Below are positions 20,401 through 23,953 of a stretch of 23,953 nt of DNA, piece after piece. Source of the DNA: Vitrella brassicaformis CCMP3155 (lineage: Eukaryota; Protista; Chromerida); NCBI GenBank assembly GCA_001179505.1, contig CDMY01000755.1:1-23953 (forward strand). The letters are read 5' to 3'. The position numbers and the translations under genes were made by a program. How positions within the stretch are numbered: the stretch's first letter is position 1; the number at the start of each line of letters is the position of its first letter. The notes under the pieces are model-generated. The model was not told where the DNA came from. It saw only the letters and a list, made by a program, of their open reading frames with translations, and made no database searches.

Positions 20401-20725
20401 ACACAGCTGATATGTGTCGGTGGGGGTGTTGTTTAGGTCGAGGAGGCCTTGCAGAGGCCGAAAGGCTGGGAGGCGGTGCGCGAGGCCGTCGAGAACACCT
20501 TCCCCATCTGGGGCACAGTGAGTCGCCGCGCACACACAGAGATGAACACACACGCACACCACACACACACACACTTACTTTATATGGGCGACTGTGTGTT
20601 TGCGTGTGTATGTGTGTGTGTTTAGGTGCTGCTGCTGATCTTGATTCGCGTCTCTGAAATCGGCATCAAGGACGAGCTCATCCGCGAGGAGCCATATGGC
20701 GACGTAAAACACACGCATACACACG

Positions 20726-20759
<34 letters not shown>

Positions 20760-22326
20760 TAATGTGATGTGTGTGTGGTGTTTCTGTGTACCAGCTGCCT
20801 CTGGGCGGTCTCGGGACGTTCCGCATTGCCCAGAGCGTCACCATCTTCCTCGTGCGCATCTTTGCCGAGCCTACGGTGTCTTTCAGATTCCAGGTGCGCA
20901 TCGATCGCATCAATCCCCAATCTGTATGCGGCGAATGTCGTGTGCGCGGCTGTGGCTGTGGCTGTGGCTGGTGTGGCATGCACACCGCACACAGACCTTT
21001 TACGTGCCGTTCATCATCCCCTTCGTCGTGGTGTCGCTCGCAGCCATGTAAGCATGTTTGGTATGTTTGTTTGGACTCACTCACCCCACACACCGGCCAC
21101 ACAATGGCGTGTTCGGTGGGGCATGGCATGACACATACACAGGTACATGTTCCGACACCGGCTGGACGCCTCGCCTCTCACGATCTTTAAGTGAGCCGGC
21201 CGCGCTGTGCACCTAGACATGAGCGCAGTGTGGTGTGTGTGCATCTGTGTGTGTGTGTGTGTGTGTGTGTTTGTCTCTATGTGTGTCGGCAGGGAGACGG
21301 CCCAACGCATGGTGTCTCCGATCGTTGCGCTGATGGGCGCCCTTGTGCTGGTCCAGCTCTTGCAGATCGCCCCACCAGGATTCGACAGCCCAGGTTCGCC
21401 GTTTCCATCCATCCATCCATCCGTTGATCCATCCACGATCGAATGTGTTCCTTTGTTCAGCGACCATTGTGGGCAGCACATTGGCCGGGGCGCTCGACGT
21501 CGGCTGGGTCTTTATTGCGCCCATACTCGGTCAGCCGACACACACACACACACACCCCTGCACCTGCACCTGCACCTGCACCTGCTGCACACACACACAC
21601 ACAGGTTGCCCGGTGTCTCTGTCTGTCTGTCTGACGCAGGTGCACTTGGAAGTTTTTTCTCCGGATCGACGACAGTGGGCCACCCATCCGTCTCAGTCAA
21701 TGTGTCTCTCCCTCCCTCCGCCTCTCCCTCCCTCTCCCTCTGCTTGCTTTTGCTTGCTTGTGTGGTGGACACAGGTGTCGAATCTCACCTTTGGTGACAT
21801 CCATCGCGTGGCCGCCTGCGAGCTGGTACGTCCAGCCGTGTGTGCGTGTGGATGGATGGATGGATGGATGGACTCACACACACGCTCGCAACGCTCAACC
21901 CCCGATCTTTATGTGTGTGTGTGTTTGTGTGTGTTGTGCAGGAAATGTCAGTGACATCTTTCTTGGCCCTGCAGTGCCTCGGCTCCGCCCTGGGCAACAT
22001 GATCTGCATCCACAATGTCCTCGCCGCACGCACCGTCCTCGGTAAACAAGCAAGCAACAGGGGAGACAGTGAGGGAGACACGGAGGCTGGCTGACGAACC
22101 TGCAATCAACCAGGTGTGGAGGAGCCCGAAGGTGTGTTCATCAAGATGACGGCCATACCGGCAGCCATCTACTACGGTACACACACGCACACACAACACG
22201 CAGAGAGTGGCTGACGTGTGTGTGTGTGCAGCGATCGGCACGGCATTCGGCGCCATGTTGGTGTTCGCCACGCCCTGGTGGGGCGATGAAGACTCGGGGT
22301 TCAAAGGGACGTGCGTCGACTTGTGA
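17495..22326 (+). CDS. lctP: L-lactate permease (LctP/LldP/GlcA family), ~721 aa; 28 exons
   Basis: Exons 17495-17629, 17754-17851, 17925-17987, 18079-18102, 18171-18225, 18301-18350, 18439-18530, 18601-18675, 18760-18869, 18977-19052, 19142-19201, 19272-19373, 19458-19511, 19614-19728, 20108-20185, 20245-20350, 20437-20517, 20626-20703, 20795-20893, 20995-21047, 21143-21190, 21293-21393, 21461-21529, 21640-21674, 21775-21825, 21942-22041, 22114-22176, 22232-22326. Total 2166 nt with consistent phases. Family motifs: IGWAFGYVVEGASGFGTPTALAAPIL, FGAVGTP, GSFFSGSTTVSNLTFG, GNMICIHNVLAA. The symbol is a family-level assignment. Confidence 0.9.
19750..20049. other. Assembly gap (300 N) inside a permease intron
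   Basis: Directly visible and flanked by C-runs. The flanking exons join in matching phase (2), so the gap may be wholly intronic. Confidence 0.97.
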
Positions 22327-22793
22327 CACAAACCCCTATGAGTGTACGTGTGTCCCTCCTTCCCTCCCTCCCTATGCATAGCTGGGTGGATGTGTCTCCA
22401 CATGACTGGGGAGGGACACATTTTGTTCGTTCCACATTTTGTTCGTTCCGGGGAATCAATCGACCGACCTCTCACGGAGTGGACGGATGGATGTGTGCGT
22501 CTGGCTGCGAGGGTGTGAGAGAGGAAGAGAGAGGCGGTGGACTTATGGACACGTCCGTCGATTCAGTCAGGGGCTAAGTCTTACTCGATCGCTCAACCAC
22601 TGCGCATAAACGTCCTGTTTATTTATGTACGTAACCGCGGACGACACGACCACGATTTGTCCTATTTAGAGTACATAAAACGGGCACGCAGCCGCCAGGC
22701 CTCTACTGATGCACTCACTTATTGACTCCCCTCCCTGCCTCCCGCCCTCCCTGCAGGCAAAAGTGGCACACGGACACATACACCAAGACAACC

Positions 22794-23233
22794 TCACTTG
22801 TCTGTCTTTCCGCCTCCCCTGCCTGACACACGCATGCCCTCCCGCAGCGCATGACCTTCCAGGATGGCCACCAGTGATGGCCTGCCTGCAAGAGATCTCT
22901 GCTCAATGAGGTTCTCCATCGCACCGGGCAGGACTGCCATCAGGATGTACCACACACAGCTGTCTGAAGGCCGAGACACTAATAATTGGACGACAGCGTT
23001 TCGTCAGGCGGTAGTTGTTCGACGCGAGCAGGGCCAGCTCAGCTCCTCAGCTATCACTCAATCACTCAATCATCATCCAAGAGTGCAAACCACAAGGCTC
23101 TGCTTGATCCCCTTTGTCGAGGGCGATAAAGTGTTCCTCTCGCACCTTGGTTACCGAGGGCAGACAGACACAGAAGAGCAAAGAAATCGGAGCGGACCGT
23201 GTGCCCAAGGATCTTGTGTGCCTGCCTCCCTGT

Positions 23234-23265
<32 letters not shown>

Positions 23266-23856
23266 TTTGCTTACTTGTGGTATGGGCTCGACGTCGAGAA
23301 TGAGCGGATTGTCGTCTGTGCTGCCAGCCTTCTCTAACACCTTGTCCACAGGGGTACCAAAAGGCAGCTCCGTCCCCTCGAAGATAAACCTCTCGCTCAA
23401 CAAGTCCTTGAGAAGCCACCCCATCTGTGCCTCAACCAGGCGCGCCACATCGACGAGCATTGCGTCCTTCGGGCACTCCACTTCGCGTGTGATGCCGCCG
23501 GCGCCATTCTGTGTCACCTTCACCCATACTTTCACTTGAGGCGTGGCGTCAGCTGCATCAGCAGCCGAGTGAGCATCGGCTGCGAGGGCCGTGGTGGAGC
23601 TGGGTGGAACCACCGCCACAAAGCGATCGTGGCGGGTGATGCGACGCAGTGACGAGGCTGTGGGGACGGGCACCGTGGGGCGGCCAAGATGCACGAAGGC
23701 AGACTGCACACACACGCAAGCCCTTGATGAATTGTTGCCTGCCTGCCTCGTGTGTCCGTCTGCTGACGTATGTACCTGTGTGCCATCCGCTGCATGTTGC
23801 TTCTGCAGAGCTGGTGACCGCCGACAGACAGGCTCCCCGGCAGCAGCACCAACCAC
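22794..23856 (-). CDS. Partial hypothetical protein with a probable ubiquitin-like (beta-grasp) domain; 5' end unresolved
   Basis: Proposed exons ~23856-23776, 23703-23275, 23145-23094, 22963-22794 with phases 0,0,1. The main exon encodes QVKVWVKVTQNGAGGITREVECPKDAMLVDVARLVEAQMGWLLKDLLSERFIFEGTELPFGTPVDKVLEKAGSTDDNPLILDVEP, a beta-beta-alpha-beta-beta pattern with an Ubl-like FEGxEL. No in-frame ATG was found upstream inside the window, and the last two exons are tentative. Confidence 0.55.
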
Positions 23857-23953
23857 ACGCCGACGACACTTCTCCGATCCGAGTCATGGCTCTTGGACAG
23901 ATGAGGACAAGATCTGTTCACTCCAGGGTGACAGGCCTGGCAGGCCTGGCCAC

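Noticed and set aside
21555-21590. (TGCACC)n hexamer, and (GCTGTG)n at ~20948-20972
   Set aside because: Simple intronic microsatellites with no sign of telomeric or other function.
1-23953. tRNA, rRNA or structured ncRNA genes
   Set aside because: No cloverleaf, rRNA-like or snRNA-like sequence was recognised by eye. An Infernal or tRNAscan-SE search would be needed to exclude them.

Overview
Eukaryotic, GC-rich, intron-dense genomic DNA with short introns full of (GT)n/(GACA)n/(GATG)n microsatellites and two 300-N gaps. The style suggests a chromerid alveolate such as Vitrella brassicaformis (inference from composition, intron style and gene content; not checked by any search). Most ORFs in the supplied track are antisense shadows or intron read-throughs, so gene models were rebuilt by hand from GT/GC-AG sites with reading-frame phase checks. 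Contents in order: (1) 1-~1035 (-): 5'-truncated non-LTR retrotransposon reverse transcriptase, absent from the ORF track because it runs off the window edge, with an ~85-aa in-frame acidic/Ser insertion between the QGD and YADD motifs. (2) 1072-2481 (+): intronless membrane-anchored coiled-coil repeat protein, head-to-head with the RT. (3) 6004-12532 (-): 10-exon, ~1893-aa low-complexity/coiled-coil protein with three PAM2-like motifs. (4) 14262-17185 (-): 15-exon, ~548-aa secreted Cys-repeat (CPKGY) oocyst-wall-protein-like gene. (5) 17495-22326 (+): 28-exon, ~721-aa L-lactate permease (LctP family) with an ~150-aa hydrophilic loop. (6) ~22794-23856 (-): partial gene with a probable ubiquitin-like beta-grasp domain. 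No rRNA, tRNA or CRISPR array was seen. I see no clear evidence of a new multi-gene system. The best leads are the RT insertion, the adjacent TM-coiled-coil gene and the multi-PAM2 protein.
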